This document shows positions 24,254 through 34,266 of a stretch of DNA of 55,461 nt, one piece after another. The notes beneath the pieces were generated by a model. The model saw only the letters and a program-made list of their open reading frames with translations, was not told the origin of the DNA and searched no databases. The number at the start of each line of letters is the position of its first letter. The first letter of the stretch is position 1. Made by a program: the position numbers and the translations under genes. Origin of the DNA: Pseudomonadota bacterium (lineage in GTDB: Bacteria > Pseudomonadota > Gammaproteobacteria > Steroidobacterales > Steroidobacteraceae). The stretch spans positions 1 through 55,461 of the forward strand of contig JBEAXT010000043.1 in the NCBI GenBank assembly GCA_041159695.1, given 5' to 3'.

Positions 24254-25633
24254 CTAGCGCCTGCCGGCGGTTTCGCCGAGGAAGAGACGCTCGACTTGAT
24301 CGACGTGTCGCCGGTCGGTGATGAACAGCACCACGTGATCATCGGCCTGAACGACGGTGTCGTGATGCGCCATGATTACTTCCTCGCCCCGAACGATACA
24401 TCCGATTTTGGCGCCCTCCGGAAGCACGATGTCCTCCACGCGCTGACCGACGACTCGAGAACGGCGGGTATCACCATGAATGATGGTTTCGAGTGCTTCC
24501 GCGGCGCCTCGACGCAAGGAGTGGACTTGGACCACATCGCCGCGGCGAACGTGCGTCAGCAAAGAGCCGATCGTGATGGTCTGCGGCGAGATGGCGACGT
24601 CGATGCTCCCGCTTTGCACGAGTTCGGCGTACGAGGGTTTGTTGATGAGCGCCATGACCTTCGCCGCGCCGAGTCGCTTTGCGAGCATGGCCGAGAGGAT
24701 ATTGGCTTCTTCGGAGTTGGTGAGCGCGACGAAGACGTCGCAGCTGTCGATGTTTTCTTCGACGAGCAGCTCTTCGTCCGCAGCATCGCCTTCGAGGACG
24801 ATCGTACTTTCGAGGCGCTCGGCGATTCGGCGAGCCTGTCGCGGATCGCGCTCGATGAGTTTGACCTGATTGTTTTCTTCCAGACGCTTGGCGAGCGCCA
24901 AACCGATATGTCCGCCACCGGCAATGACAACGCGCCGCACCGGTTTTTCTTCTTTGCGCATCTCTGCCATGAACTGACGGATGTCGTTCTTCGCCGCAAG
25001 GAAGAACACTTCGTCACCGTCCTCGATGATCGTGTCGCCTTCGGGTTGGATACTGCGTCCGTTACGGTAGATCGCAACGACGCGCGCTTCGGTGTTCGGG
25101 ATGTGATCTTTGAGGCTGCGCAGCGCTTGGCCGACGAGCAGCCCGCCCTTGCGCGCCGAGAGACCGACGAGACGGACTTTACCGTCGGCAAAGTCGAGGA
25201 CTTGCAGTGCGCCCGGATAACGAATGAGGCGTTCGACGTAGTCGGTGACGAGCTGTTCGGGGCTGATCCATACGTCAACGGAGAGCGCCTCGGCGCTGAA
25301 AAGTTCGGGGTGGCGCGTGTACTCGGCGGATCGGATGCGCGCAATCTTCGTGGGCGTGCGGAAGAGGGTATAGGCCACTTCGCATGCCATCATGTTCACT
25401 TCGTCGGAGCTGGTGAGCGCGACCAAAATATCGGCGGAGGACACACCTGCAGCTTCGAGAATCGAGGGATATGCGGCGTTGCCGACGACAGTCCGGATGT
25501 CGAGCCGATCTTGTAGATCGCGCAACAAGTCTTCATTGGTATCGACGACCGTGACTTCGTTGGCCTCCTCGCGAGCGAGTTGGTAGGCCGCCGTGCGCCC
25601 AACTTGTCCGGCGCCGAGGATCACGATCTTCAT
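24254..25633 (-). CDS. trkA: Trk-system potassium uptake protein TrkA (tandem RCK/NAD-binding domains)
   Basis: MKIVILGAGQVGRTAAYQL and a second Rossmann motif VVIAGGGHIGLALAKRL are present. It is 459 aa from ATG 25633. Confidence 0.93.
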   Translation of the reverse strand: MKIVILGAGQVGRTAAYQLAREEANEVTVVDTNEDLLRDLQDRLDIRTVVGNAAYPSILEAAGVSSADILVALTSSDEVNMMACEVAYTLFRTPTKIARIRSAEYTRHPELFSAEALSVDVWISPEQLVTDYVERLIRYPGALQVLDFADGKVRLVGLSARKGGLLVGQALRSLKDHIPNTEARVVAIYRNGRSIQPEGDTIIEDGDEVFFLAAKNDIRQFMAEMRKEEKPVRRVVIAGGGHIGLALAKRLEENNQVKLIERDPRQARRIAERLESTIVLEGDAADEELLVEENIDSCDVFVALTNSEEANILSAMLAKRLGAAKVMALINKPSYAELVQSGSIDVAISPQTITIGSLLTHVRRGDVVQVHSLRRGAAEALETIIHGDTRRSRVVGQRVEDIVLPEGAKIGCIVRGEEVIMAHHDTVVQADDHVVLFITDRRHVDQVERLFLGETAGRR

Positions 25634-25689
25634 AAGAGTCGATAGGTTACTCCCAACGATGCCCACGGAATAGAGGCAAGGGGGTATGC

Positions 25690-26961
25690 TTGGGCGCCAT
25701 GGACAACACCCGTTCCGAGTTTGGACGCGCCTGGAAAGTACTCACGGCCTCCATGGTCGGAGTCGCATGCGGTGCTTCACCGCTACCTTTCATCACGTTC
25801 GGCTTTTTCATCGATCCGTTGCAGCAGGAGTTCGGCTGGAGTCGAACCGAGATCAGCATCGGTGTGACGATTTACGGCATCCTCGCCGCCTTGCTCGCTC
25901 CGGTGTTCGGTGGGATGGCCGATCGTTATGGTGTCAGACCCGTCGCGCTCGGATCTTTGGCGATTTTCGGGTTGACCTTTGCTGCATTCGCCATCGTGCC
26001 CGGCCAGCTGTGGGCGTTCTATCTGGTCTGGCTAATGATCGGTTTGTTCGGAATCGGTTCGACGCCGGTCACGTGGTCCCGCGCCGTGAATCTCTGGTTT
26101 TTCAAGCGGCGCGGTCTTGCGTTGGGGCTCATGCTGGTGGGCACCAGCATTTCGGCCATCGTGTTGCCGTTCCTCACCACGTATTTCATCACCCACTTTG
26201 GCTGGCGCACGGCTTACGCCCTGCTTGCGTTGTTGCCCCTCGCCATCGCGTTGCCACTCGGTCTTTGGTGGTTTCGCGAACCGAAACCGGAAGAGAGACC
26301 GTCGGGTGTGGGCGCAGCCTCGGACCCGTCCGCGTTGCCGGGACGCACTCTAAAAGAGGCCATCAGCGAAGGGCGTTTCTGGATTTTGTGGACTTCCGTT
26401 GCGCTGATCACGCTCGCCTATGCGGGCGCGTTGGTGTTTCTGCCCTCCATGCTGAAGCAGCGGAACTTCGATCCGACCAGCGTTGCGACGGTACTCAGCG
26501 TATTCGGGCTGTCCATTTTCGCCGGACGCATCATCACGGGCTTGTTACTCGACCGTTTTTGGGCGCCCCTCGTGACGCTACCCATTCTTTGTTTGCCCGC
26601 CGTTTCATGCTGGATGCTGATGGGTGACGCGCCGCTCGGATTCACCATGGCCGTTCTGGCCGCATTTTTTATGGGGTTCGCCTCGGGCGCGGAAACTGAC
26701 CTGATCGCCTATCTGGCGGGCCGATACTTCGGCATGAAGAGCTACGGACAGATCTACGGTGTGCAGTACATGGCTTTCGGTCTGATGGCTGCGCTGTCGC
26801 CGACGCTGTACGGATGGGTTCGTGACACGACCGGCAGTTTTGATCCGATGCTGATCGCCGCGGCGATCATGTTCCTCGCGGGAGCTTTCTTGCTGTTGTT
26901 GTTAGGCCCGTATCCCGATTTCAGCCGTAACCCCACGACACCCAACCGAGCTGCCAGCTGA
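25690..26961 (+). CDS. MFS transporter
   Basis: About 12 TM helices, with the MFS loop 2-3 motif GGMADRYGVRP. The start is either TTG 25690 or ATG 25699. Confidence 0.75.
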   Translation: MGAMDNTRSEFGRAWKVLTASMVGVACGASPLPFITFGFFIDPLQQEFGWSRTEISIGVTIYGILAALLAPVFGGMADRYGVRPVALGSLAIFGLTFAAFAIVPGQLWAFYLVWLMIGLFGIGSTPVTWSRAVNLWFFKRRGLALGLMLVGTSISAIVLPFLTTYFITHFGWRTAYALLALLPLAIALPLGLWWFREPKPEERPSGVGAASDPSALPGRTLKEAISEGRFWILWTSVALITLAYAGALVFLPSMLKQRNFDPTSVATVLSVFGLSIFAGRIITGLLLDRFWAPLVTLPILCLPAVSCWMLMGDAPLGFTMAVLAAFFMGFASGAETDLIAYLAGRYFGMKSYGQIYGVQYMAFGLMAALSPTLYGWVRDTTGSFDPMLIAAAIMFLAGAFLLLLLGPYPDFSRNPTTPNRAAS

Positions 26962-27739
26962 CCAAGATGAACCCACCGAAGATGATTCGGTACCAGGCAA
27001 AGATCGCGAAAGAATGCTGGCTGACGTAGCGGATGAGCAGACGAATCGCGAATAGTGCCGCGAAGAATGACACCACACTGCTCAAAATAATCGACTGAGC
27101 CTCTTCTGCGGTGATGGGTTCGCGCGTATCGAGCAGCTTGTACCCGGTTGCCGCGAACATCACCGGAATCGCCACGAAGAACGAAAACTCCGCGGCCGTC
27201 TTCCGCGACAAGCCCGTCAGCAAACCACCGAGTATGGTCGCGGCCGATCGGCTGGTACCCGGGATCAGGGCCAGCATTTGGAAAAGCCCGACCTTAAATG
27301 CATCGAGGGGCTGCAGTTGGTCCACCGACGTGACACGCTCCTCGTGCGTTCGGCGCTCCGCCCAAAGAATGAGCACGCCGCCGATCACGAGTGCGAGTGC
27401 GACCGGAATGGGCGCGAACAGCACGCTGCGGATCGTGTCTTCGAACAGCAAGCCGGCCACGGCGGCCGGCAGGAAGGCCAAGAACAAGTTGAGCGCGAAC
27501 AGCTGAGACTTGCGGTCGCTCATTAACGTTGTGCCGATACTCCAGAGGCGTTGTCGGTATTCCCAGCACACCGCCAGAATGGCGGCGCCCTGAACGACGA
27601 TGAGCTGACGAAAGCCGATGTCCCCTTCCGGGTCGAGCAACGCCCGAGTGATGACGAGATGTCCGGTGCTCGAAATCGGCAAGAACTCTGTGAGGCCTTC
27701 GACGAGGCCGATGATGACGTCGATGATCCAGTCAGCCAT
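26921..27739 (-). CDS. uppP: undecaprenyl-diphosphate phosphatase
   Basis: 272 aa with IIGLVEGLTEFLPISSTGHL and PGTSRSAATI, the BacA/UppP signature motifs. Confidence 0.92.
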   Translation of the reverse strand: MADWIIDVIIGLVEGLTEFLPISSTGHLVITRALLDPEGDIGFRQLIVVQGAAILAVCWEYRQRLWSIGTTLMSDRKSQLFALNLFLAFLPAAVAGLLFEDTIRSVLFAPIPVALALVIGGVLILWAERRTHEERVTSVDQLQPLDAFKVGLFQMLALIPGTSRSAATILGGLLTGLSRKTAAEFSFFVAIPVMFAATGYKLLDTREPITAEEAQSIILSSVVSFFAALFAIRLLIRYVSQHSFAIFAWYRIIFGGFILVSWQLGWVSWGYG

Positions 27740-27740
27740 G

Positions 27741-29051
27741 TCAGTCCGGTATTTTTTGACCGCGGGTTTCGATGACCCAGCCCATGCCGAGCAATCCGAT
27801 CAGCGGAATGAAGCCGACTAAGAACAACGTATTGAGTACTACCGTCGGGTCTCCAGCGCCCGCTGCCGCCACCGAGCCGACGAAGAAGGGCCCTGCTGCC
27901 GCGACAATGCGACCAATGTTGTACGTGAAGCCCGATCCCGTTGCACGAAGGCGTGTCGGGAACAGTTCGGGCAGGTAGAACGTGAAGCTACCGAAGACGC
28001 CGAACACCGTCAGACCGATGAAGAAATACATATAGAGCCGAATTTGCGGCGGCAGGTCGAGGCCGAACGTCGCGAGCAGCGAGACGGCAGAACATCCGAG
28101 ATAGATAGCGAACATCGGCCTGCGGCCCCAGCGCTTGGCCAGCGGGATGGTCAGCAAAGTGCCGATCAGGCCGCCCAGATTGAAGATCGTCGTAGCCTGT
28201 GTTTTCCAAGATTCGGTGAGGATGCTCGTCGCAGTACGGTCGAGACCGAGTTGCAGCGCCTCGGCCTGCGCGAGCCCCGCGACCACCACCGGAATAAACG
28301 CGTTACAGCTCCACCACGTCAGGAGCGCAGTCAACGCGACCAGCAGTGCGCTGCGTGTGCGTGGCCAGATTTCGGGCGTGAAAAGCTCGCGAAGTCGCGG
28401 CGCCGCCGCCGTAGCCGCTGCCGATTGCCAGCGCTCCGGTTCCTTGACGAAGGTGCGTACCCAAATAGCAAAGCCCGCAGGCAGTAATCCGAAGATCAGC
28501 ACGTAGCGCCAAGACACTTCGGGAACGTCTGCAAAGAAATGCCCCGCGACTACCGCATTGACGGCCGTAGCAAGGAATAGCCCGAAGGGTGCGGCGGTGT
28601 AGAGCACTGCCCCCGCTTCGACGCGTTGATCTTCGGGAACGACTTCTGCGACGAGCGCGCATCCTGCCGCCCATTCACCGCCGATACCGAGGCTTGCGAT
28701 GATGCGACAGACGATGAGCTGCTCGATGCTGGTGACGAAAGCACAGAGCGCCGTACCTACGGCGTAAAGCACCATGGTGATGAGCAGCACGCGCTTTCGG
28801 CCATAGCGGTCTGAGATGGGTCCGAACAGGACGCCGCCGACAGCCCAGCCGACGAGAAAGATGGCAGTAATGAGACCGGTCCAGTAGAGCGTCGCAGAGC
28901 GAGCTTCGGGAGAGCCGATTTCGAGGCCGAGCAGTGTCGGAATCGCGTTAGGCGCGACGTAGTTGAACAGCAGACCGTCAAAGATATCGAAGCCCCAGCC
29001 GAGCCAGGCGGCAAACAGGACGATCCACTGGTAGCGGGTCAATCGCAGCAT
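27741..29051 (-). CDS. MFS transporter
   Basis: 436 aa with 12 predicted TM helices and the motif GPISDRYGRKRVLL after TM2. The stop is 1 nt upstream of the uppP ATG, so the two are probably co-transcribed. Confidence 0.8.
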   Translation of the reverse strand: MLRLTRYQWIVLFAAWLGWGFDIFDGLLFNYVAPNAIPTLLGLEIGSPEARSATLYWTGLITAIFLVGWAVGGVLFGPISDRYGRKRVLLITMVLYAVGTALCAFVTSIEQLIVCRIIASLGIGGEWAAGCALVAEVVPEDQRVEAGAVLYTAAPFGLFLATAVNAVVAGHFFADVPEVSWRYVLIFGLLPAGFAIWVRTFVKEPERWQSAAATAAAPRLRELFTPEIWPRTRSALLVALTALLTWWSCNAFIPVVVAGLAQAEALQLGLDRTATSILTESWKTQATTIFNLGGLIGTLLTIPLAKRWGRRPMFAIYLGCSAVSLLATFGLDLPPQIRLYMYFFIGLTVFGVFGSFTFYLPELFPTRLRATGSGFTYNIGRIVAAAGPFFVGSVAAAGAGDPTVVLNTLFLVGFIPLIGLLGMGWVIETRGQKIPD

Positions 29052-29075
29052 CGGAGCCCCCTCCCGAGTCTCGAA

Positions 29076-29900
29076 TCAGCGGCGTGCAGCGTTAACGGCA
29101 TCGCGCAGCTCGAGTGTCGCACGTCGTGCTGCGCTCGCGAAGTCCTCGCCTTGACCGGCATAGAGAATGCCGCGGGAGGAGTTGATCACGAGCCCGCGAC
29201 CATCGGCTCTGCGCCCGTTACGCACGGCTTTTTCGATGTCTCCGCCCTGAGCGCCGATGCCGGGAACGAGAAAGGTCATCTCGCCCGTAATACGTCGGAT
29301 GTCAGCGAGTTCGTCGGGATACGTGGCCCCTACGACGAGCAAGCAGTTGCCACGCGAGTTCCATTCTTTGGCGACTTTTTCGGCGACGAGTTGGTAGAGC
29401 TTTCGACCCCCGACATCGAGATCCTGCAGTTCGCGTGCGCCGGCGTTAGAGGTTCGGCACAGCACGACGACGCCCTTGTCAGCATGCTCGAGGAAGGGCT
29501 CGGCTGAATCGCGACCGAGATAGGGATTGATGGTGACGGCATCTGCACCGTAGCGCTCGAACGCTTCGCGCGCGTATTTCTCGGCCGTACTGCCGATGTC
29601 ACCCCGCTTGGAGTCGAGAATGACCTGTATGCCCGGCGCTTTTTGACGAATGTAACGGATGGTCTCGAGCAACTGATCTTCGGCGCCGACGGCTGCGTAG
29701 TGTGCGATCTGCGGTTTGTAGGCACAGGCGAGATCCGCCGTCGCATCGATGATGGCGCGGTTGAACTCGAGGATCGCCTGCGGTCTTTGACGCAGATGCG
29801 CCGGGAACCGCTCGATTTCAGGATCGAGACCGACGCAGACGAGAGATTGCGTCGACGTCATTGCGGCATCAAGCCGTTGGAGAAACGTAGAGGCGCTCAT
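29076..29900 (-). CDS. pyrF: orotidine 5'-phosphate decarboxylase (long, type 2)
   Basis: 274 aa with VGLDP, the catalytic block [13 protein letters not shown] and PGIGAQGG. Confidence 0.85.
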   Translation of the reverse strand: MSASTFLQRLDAAMTSTQSLVCVGLDPEIERFPAHLRQRPQAILEFNRAIIDATADLACAYKPQIAHYAAVGAEDQLLETIRYIRQKAPGIQVILDSKRGDIGSTAEKYAREAFERYGADAVTINPYLGRDSAEPFLEHADKGVVVLCRTSNAGARELQDLDVGGRKLYQLVAEKVAKEWNSRGNCLLVVGATYPDELADIRRITGEMTFLVPGIGAQGGDIEKAVRNGRRADGRGLVINSSRGILYAGQGEDFASAARRATLELRDAVNAARR

Positions 29901-29948
29901 GATGGAGCGGCAGTTTAACCGCAGCCGTGGTTCGCGGGGGTGTCCGAC

Positions 29949-32144
29949 TCAGGCGGGTTCAAGATTGGCGTACTGCAGCATCAGCCATTTGCTGCCCGTA
30001 CTTTCGAAATTGACTTGGACACGAGCGTGCGGCCCTTGGCCTTCGATATTGAGTACGACACCCATGCCGAACTTGGCATGCCGTACACGCGCCCCCAGCC
30101 GAAGTCCCGGCCCCACCGGCTCACTGCGTAACGCTGCAGGCCCCGCAGTCCGCGCGAACGAGGGCGATCGAGCCGCGGTCGCGCCATAGGCTTGGGATCC
30201 GTGAATCCTCGGGCGAACCTCCTCGAGTAGTTCCTCGGGAATTTCCTTGATGAACCTCGAGGGTTGCCCGTAGCTGTCGATGCCGTGCAACCGCCGCTGC
30301 TCCGCGTACGTGAGATAGAGCTGCTGCATCGCCCGGGTCGTCCCCACATACGCGAGGCGACGTTCTTCTTCGAGCGAATCGAGATCATTGAGCGAACGCT
30401 GGTGCGGAAATAGCCCATCTTCGAGTCCCGCGAGGAACACTAGCGGGAATTCGAGGCCCTTGGCGGTGTGCAGCGTCATCATCTGAATACAGTCTTCCCA
30501 GGCCTCGGCCTGTCCCTCGCCCGATTCCAGGACGGCATGCGCAAGAAAGGCCTCAAGGGGCGGCAGCTCCTCGCCATCGACACGCTCGGGCTCGAAACCG
30601 CGCGCGGCCGAGACCAATTCGAGCAGGTTTTCCACGCGGGCTTCGCCGCGATCGGCTTTCTCTTTGCGATGGTGCTCGAGCAGTCCGCTCGCATTCAGCA
30701 CCTGGTCGACGATTTCGTGGAGTTCGAGACCCCGCGTGTCCTCGGCGAGGCGATCGATCAACTGAATAAAGCCCTGGACTGATGTCGCGGCTTTGGCGCC
30801 GAGTGCGCCCGAGATCATCGTCGCCGCCGTCCAGAGGGAGCCGCCGGCAGCGCGGGCATGCTCGCGCAAGGCATCGACACTCTTTGCGCCGATGCCACGA
30901 GTTGGCAAATTGACGACGCGCTCGAAAGACGTATCGTCGTGTCTGTTGGACACGAGCCTGAGATACGCCAGTGCGTCCTTGATCTCCGCGCGCTCGAAGA
31001 ATCTTAGCCCTCCGTACACCTTGTACGGAATGCGAGCCGACATGAACACTTCTTCGAAGACTCGAGATTGTGCGTTGGATCGATAGAGAATGGCGATGTC
31101 GCGTCGGTTTCCTCCGCGAGAGGTCCATTCTTTGATGCGCTGAAGCACGAACTCTGCCTCGTCTCGTTCGTTGAAGGCGGCGTAGAGACGAATCGGATCT
31201 CCCCGCGTGCCGCTAGTCCAAAGATTTTTACCGAGACGCCCGCTGTTGTTGGCGATGAGCGCGTTCGCGGCGTCGAGGATAGTTCCGGTCGAGCGATAGT
31301 TCTGTTCGAGCTTGACTAGACGGGCGTGTGGAAAATCGCGTCGAAAGGTTTGCAGATTCTCGACCCGTGCGCCGCGCCATCGGTAAATTGATTGATCGTC
31401 GTCACCCACGGCGAATGGCGCACCTTCAGAGCCGACGAGCAGCTTGGTCCAGGCGTACTGGATCGTATTGGTATCCTGAAACTCGTCGACCAAAACATGC
31501 TGGAAGCGACGGCGGTAATGACCCAGCATGTCCGGGTTGTCGCGCCATAACTCGAACGCGCGCAAGAGCAGCTCTGCAAAGTCGACGACACCCGCCCGCT
31601 GACAGGCATCTTCATAATCTTGGTAGAGCTTGATGAATTGGCGACGCGTGGGATCGTTGCCATCTTTCAGGCTCTTTGGGCGCATCCCCTCATCTTTGTT
31701 CTGATTGATGAAGTACTGGATGTCTCGCGGAACCCAGCGAGTCTCGTCGAGCGCTTGAGCTTTGAGGAGTTTTTTGATCAACCGTAGCTGGTCGTCACCG
31801 TCGAGAATCTGAAAAGACTGTGGCAGGTTGGCTTCGCGCCAATGTAATCGCAGCAAACGATGAGCGATGCCGTGGAAGGTGCCGATCCAGAGTGCCGCGC
31901 CCGGCATCCCGAGCAACGCCTCGATACGCGCGCGCATTTCACCGGCGGCCTTGTTGGTGAAGGTGACGGCGAGAATGCTATGAGCCGACGCACCTTCAGC
32001 TTCGATCAACCATGCAACGCGATGCGTCAGTACCCGTGTCTTGCCGCTGCCGGCACCGGCGAGGACGAGCACGGGCCCGATCGGTGCCGTAACGGCTTCG
32101 CGCTGCGCGTCGTTGAGCGGATTGAGGATGGGCGAGACGTCCAT
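29949..32144 (-). CDS. uvrD: DNA helicase II (UvrD)
   Basis: 731 aa with LNPLNDAQREAV, the Walker A motif AGAGSGKTRVLTHR, VDEFQDTN, GDDDQSIYRWRGA, and the C-terminal H..FG.G.V tail typical of UvrD. Confidence 0.93.
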   Translation of the reverse strand: MDVSPILNPLNDAQREAVTAPIGPVLVLAGAGSGKTRVLTHRVAWLIEAEGASAHSILAVTFTNKAAGEMRARIEALLGMPGAALWIGTFHGIAHRLLRLHWREANLPQSFQILDGDDQLRLIKKLLKAQALDETRWVPRDIQYFINQNKDEGMRPKSLKDGNDPTRRQFIKLYQDYEDACQRAGVVDFAELLLRAFELWRDNPDMLGHYRRRFQHVLVDEFQDTNTIQYAWTKLLVGSEGAPFAVGDDDQSIYRWRGARVENLQTFRRDFPHARLVKLEQNYRSTGTILDAANALIANNSGRLGKNLWTSGTRGDPIRLYAAFNERDEAEFVLQRIKEWTSRGGNRRDIAILYRSNAQSRVFEEVFMSARIPYKVYGGLRFFERAEIKDALAYLRLVSNRHDDTSFERVVNLPTRGIGAKSVDALREHARAAGGSLWTAATMISGALGAKAATSVQGFIQLIDRLAEDTRGLELHEIVDQVLNASGLLEHHRKEKADRGEARVENLLELVSAARGFEPERVDGEELPPLEAFLAHAVLESGEGQAEAWEDCIQMMTLHTAKGLEFPLVFLAGLEDGLFPHQRSLNDLDSLEEERRLAYVGTTRAMQQLYLTYAEQRRLHGIDSYGQPSRFIKEIPEELLEEVRPRIHGSQAYGATAARSPSFARTAGPAALRSEPVGPGLRLGARVRHAKFGMGVVLNIEGQGPHARVQVNFESTGSKWLMLQYANLEPA

Positions 32145-32182
32145 GAGAGGGTCGCGATTCTAGTTCGAATCGACCAAGCCGC

Positions 32183-33268
32183 TTAAGAATTTTTCTCGGA
32201 GTCTTTCGCGCGAGCCTCTTCGACGAACCCCAGCAACGCCGATACCAGCGTCAGTAAAACCGGTCCGATGATGAGCCCGATGCCGCCGAATGCTGCGGCG
32301 CCACCGATCACACCCATGAATACGGCGAGTGTCGAGACGTGCGCGTGCTTCGACACTAGAAAGGGACGAAGAAAATTATCGGAGATCGAAATGACGGCAC
32401 CCCAAGCCAGCATGAACAGCGCGGCACCGGTACGCCCCGTGCCGAGCAGCACCACGACGGCCGGCGCCCATACGAACGCCGTCCCTCCAGCGGGCAGTAA
32501 AGAGAGAAGACCCGCCAGAACACCGAAGACCACGGGGGAGGGAAGTCCCGTCAACGCGAAGCCTATTCCCGTCAATGCGCCCTGAAAGAGTGCGGTGAGA
32601 CCCGAGCCGTAGACCACCGCACGGATCGTATTCGCCACGAGCGCGAAGAGTTGCTCCCGACGCCCGTGATCGATGGGCAGTAAATGCGCGATCCGAACGA
32701 CGAAGTGCCGGCCGTCACGCAACATGAAAAACAGCAGGAACAGCATCAGCAGGAAGGCGAGCGTAGTATTGAGCGCTCCGAGAACCATCTGACTGCCCAG
32801 GTTTGCGGCATACCGGAGCAAGGTTTGCCCGATCGTTACGAGGAACCCCGTGATCTCTGCCGGGTCGAGATCGAGTGTTTCGGTGAGCCAGGCGACAGCT
32901 CCATGGACGACCGGATAGTCACCAAGACGATCGACGAAAGATCCATCGATTCGCCAGTCGCTGTGCTGCATGTTGTCGATCAAGGTCCGCCCTTGCTCAA
33001 TGAATTCTGTCCCGAGCAGTAACAGCGGAAAAAAAATGACCAACGGCGTGAGTAGCGTTAGAAGCGCAGCGGCCAACGATGGACGACCACCCAAACGGGC
33101 GAGCAACGAGTCCTGGATTGGCATCAGGAGAACCGCCAGAACAATCGACCATGCAAGTGCGCCCCAAAACGGAGCGAGCACCAGCCATACGGCTACGCCA
33201 AGAATGGCCGCACTCAGGACGAGAACGCTTCGTCTATAAAACTCTGACATGCACATCACTATACTCAA
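32183..33268 (-). CDS. AI-2E family (PerM/YhhT-like) transporter
   Basis: 361 aa and polytopic, with characteristic C-terminal blocks (ISDNFLRPFLVSK, GVIGGAAAFGGIGLIIGPVLL). The start may be the internal Met at 33250. Confidence 0.8.
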   Translation of the reverse strand: MSIVMCMSEFYRRSVLVLSAAILGVAVWLVLAPFWGALAWSIVLAVLLMPIQDSLLARLGGRPSLAAALLTLLTPLVIFFPLLLLGTEFIEQGRTLIDNMQHSDWRIDGSFVDRLGDYPVVHGAVAWLTETLDLDPAEITGFLVTIGQTLLRYAANLGSQMVLGALNTTLAFLLMLFLLFFMLRDGRHFVVRIAHLLPIDHGRREQLFALVANTIRAVVYGSGLTALFQGALTGIGFALTGLPSPVVFGVLAGLLSLLPAGGTAFVWAPAVVVLLGTGRTGAALFMLAWGAVISISDNFLRPFLVSKHAHVSTLAVFMGVIGGAAAFGGIGLIIGPVLLTLVSALLGFVEEARAKDSEKNS

Positions 33269-33293
33269 TTAACACATCTCGGAGGTTTCGCCC

Positions 33294-34262
33294 GTGCTGT
33301 CCCTCAACGTCAATCCCAAAGCCTTCGCCTACGTCGTGATCAGCGTCGCTGACATGGATCAAGCGCTTGATCTTTGGGTGAGGCGTTTCGGGATGGAGAT
33401 CGTCATCCGACACCGGGGCGGAGATCCCGGGCTCGAACGGCTCTGGGGGCTTGCAGACGGAGATATCGTCGATCAGGCGCTTCTGGTGACGCCGGGTCGC
33501 GAGCAGGGTGGCGTCCATCTCGTGCGTTTCCGCCGGCCAGGCCCCGCTGTGCGGGAGGGCGCAGCACCGACCGACCTCGTTCCCAAGAGCGTCGATGTCG
33601 CCGTACACGACATCCACGCGCGTTTTTCCGAGCTCGAAGCTGACGGCTTCAAGTTTCGATCAAAGATTGGGCGATTCGAGACCGACGGGATCGTGGTGCA
33701 TGAGGTGCACATGAATGGCCCGGAGTCGGTCAATATCGTGTTTCTCGAGCAAGACGGAAAACCGGAGCACGTCAGTGCCAAAGGTTATGGCGTGGCGCCA
33801 CAGATCATTGCCACCACCCCCGACAATCTTGCGGAGAAGGCCTTTTTCGAACGGGTTTTGGGTTTGGACGAGACGTCCTACCACCGGTTTTCGGGGCCGG
33901 AGGTCGAACGCACCATCGGTCTGCCTCCAGGCGGGGCGCTCGATGTCCGTATTTTTGGTGATGTCGCATTCGATTACGGCCGACTCGAAATCGTCCAATA
34001 CGAGGGCGTACAGAGCAAAGATCTCTATTCGCGGGCCGTGCCTCCGGCGCGAGGGTTCTTGTCTGTGACATTTTTCGTCAAAGATGTGGGCGATGTACTT
34101 CGCAGGGCTGCTTCACTACAGCCGTCTCGCGGGACAGCCGCCACGCGCAAGGGACCGAGTGATCACGGTACCGTCGAGACGATTTTTGGCCGCTCGCATA
34201 TGGCGACGCTCGTGTCGCCCGCTGGGCTCGTGGTACTGCTCGTCGAGCAGCCGAAGAACTGA
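33294..34262 (+). CDS. two-domain VOC (glyoxalase/bleomycin-resistance/dioxygenase fold) protein
   Basis: 322 aa with a GTG start. Two repeated beta-alpha-beta-beta-beta-like halves are present (VVISVADMDQALDLW..FGME...HLVRF in the first, and a second half). The substrate is unknown. Confidence 0.6.
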   Translation: MLSLNVNPKAFAYVVISVADMDQALDLWVRRFGMEIVIRHRGGDPGLERLWGLADGDIVDQALLVTPGREQGGVHLVRFRRPGPAVREGAAPTDLVPKSVDVAVHDIHARFSELEADGFKFRSKIGRFETDGIVVHEVHMNGPESVNIVFLEQDGKPEHVSAKGYGVAPQIIATTPDNLAEKAFFERVLGLDETSYHRFSGPEVERTIGLPPGGALDVRIFGDVAFDYGRLEIVQYEGVQSKDLYSRAVPPARGFLSVTFFVKDVGDVLRRAASLQPSRGTAATRKGPSDHGTVETIFGRSHMATLVSPAGLVVLLVEQPKN

Positions 34263-34266
34263 TCCT

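Noticed and set aside
24074-25516. 480-aa plus-strand ORF covering most of trkA
   Set aside because: It lies exactly antisense to a gene with unmistakable TrkA motifs. Its product is Asp/Arg/Gly-rich with no recognisable fold motifs. Long stop-free antisense frames are expected at this GC content.
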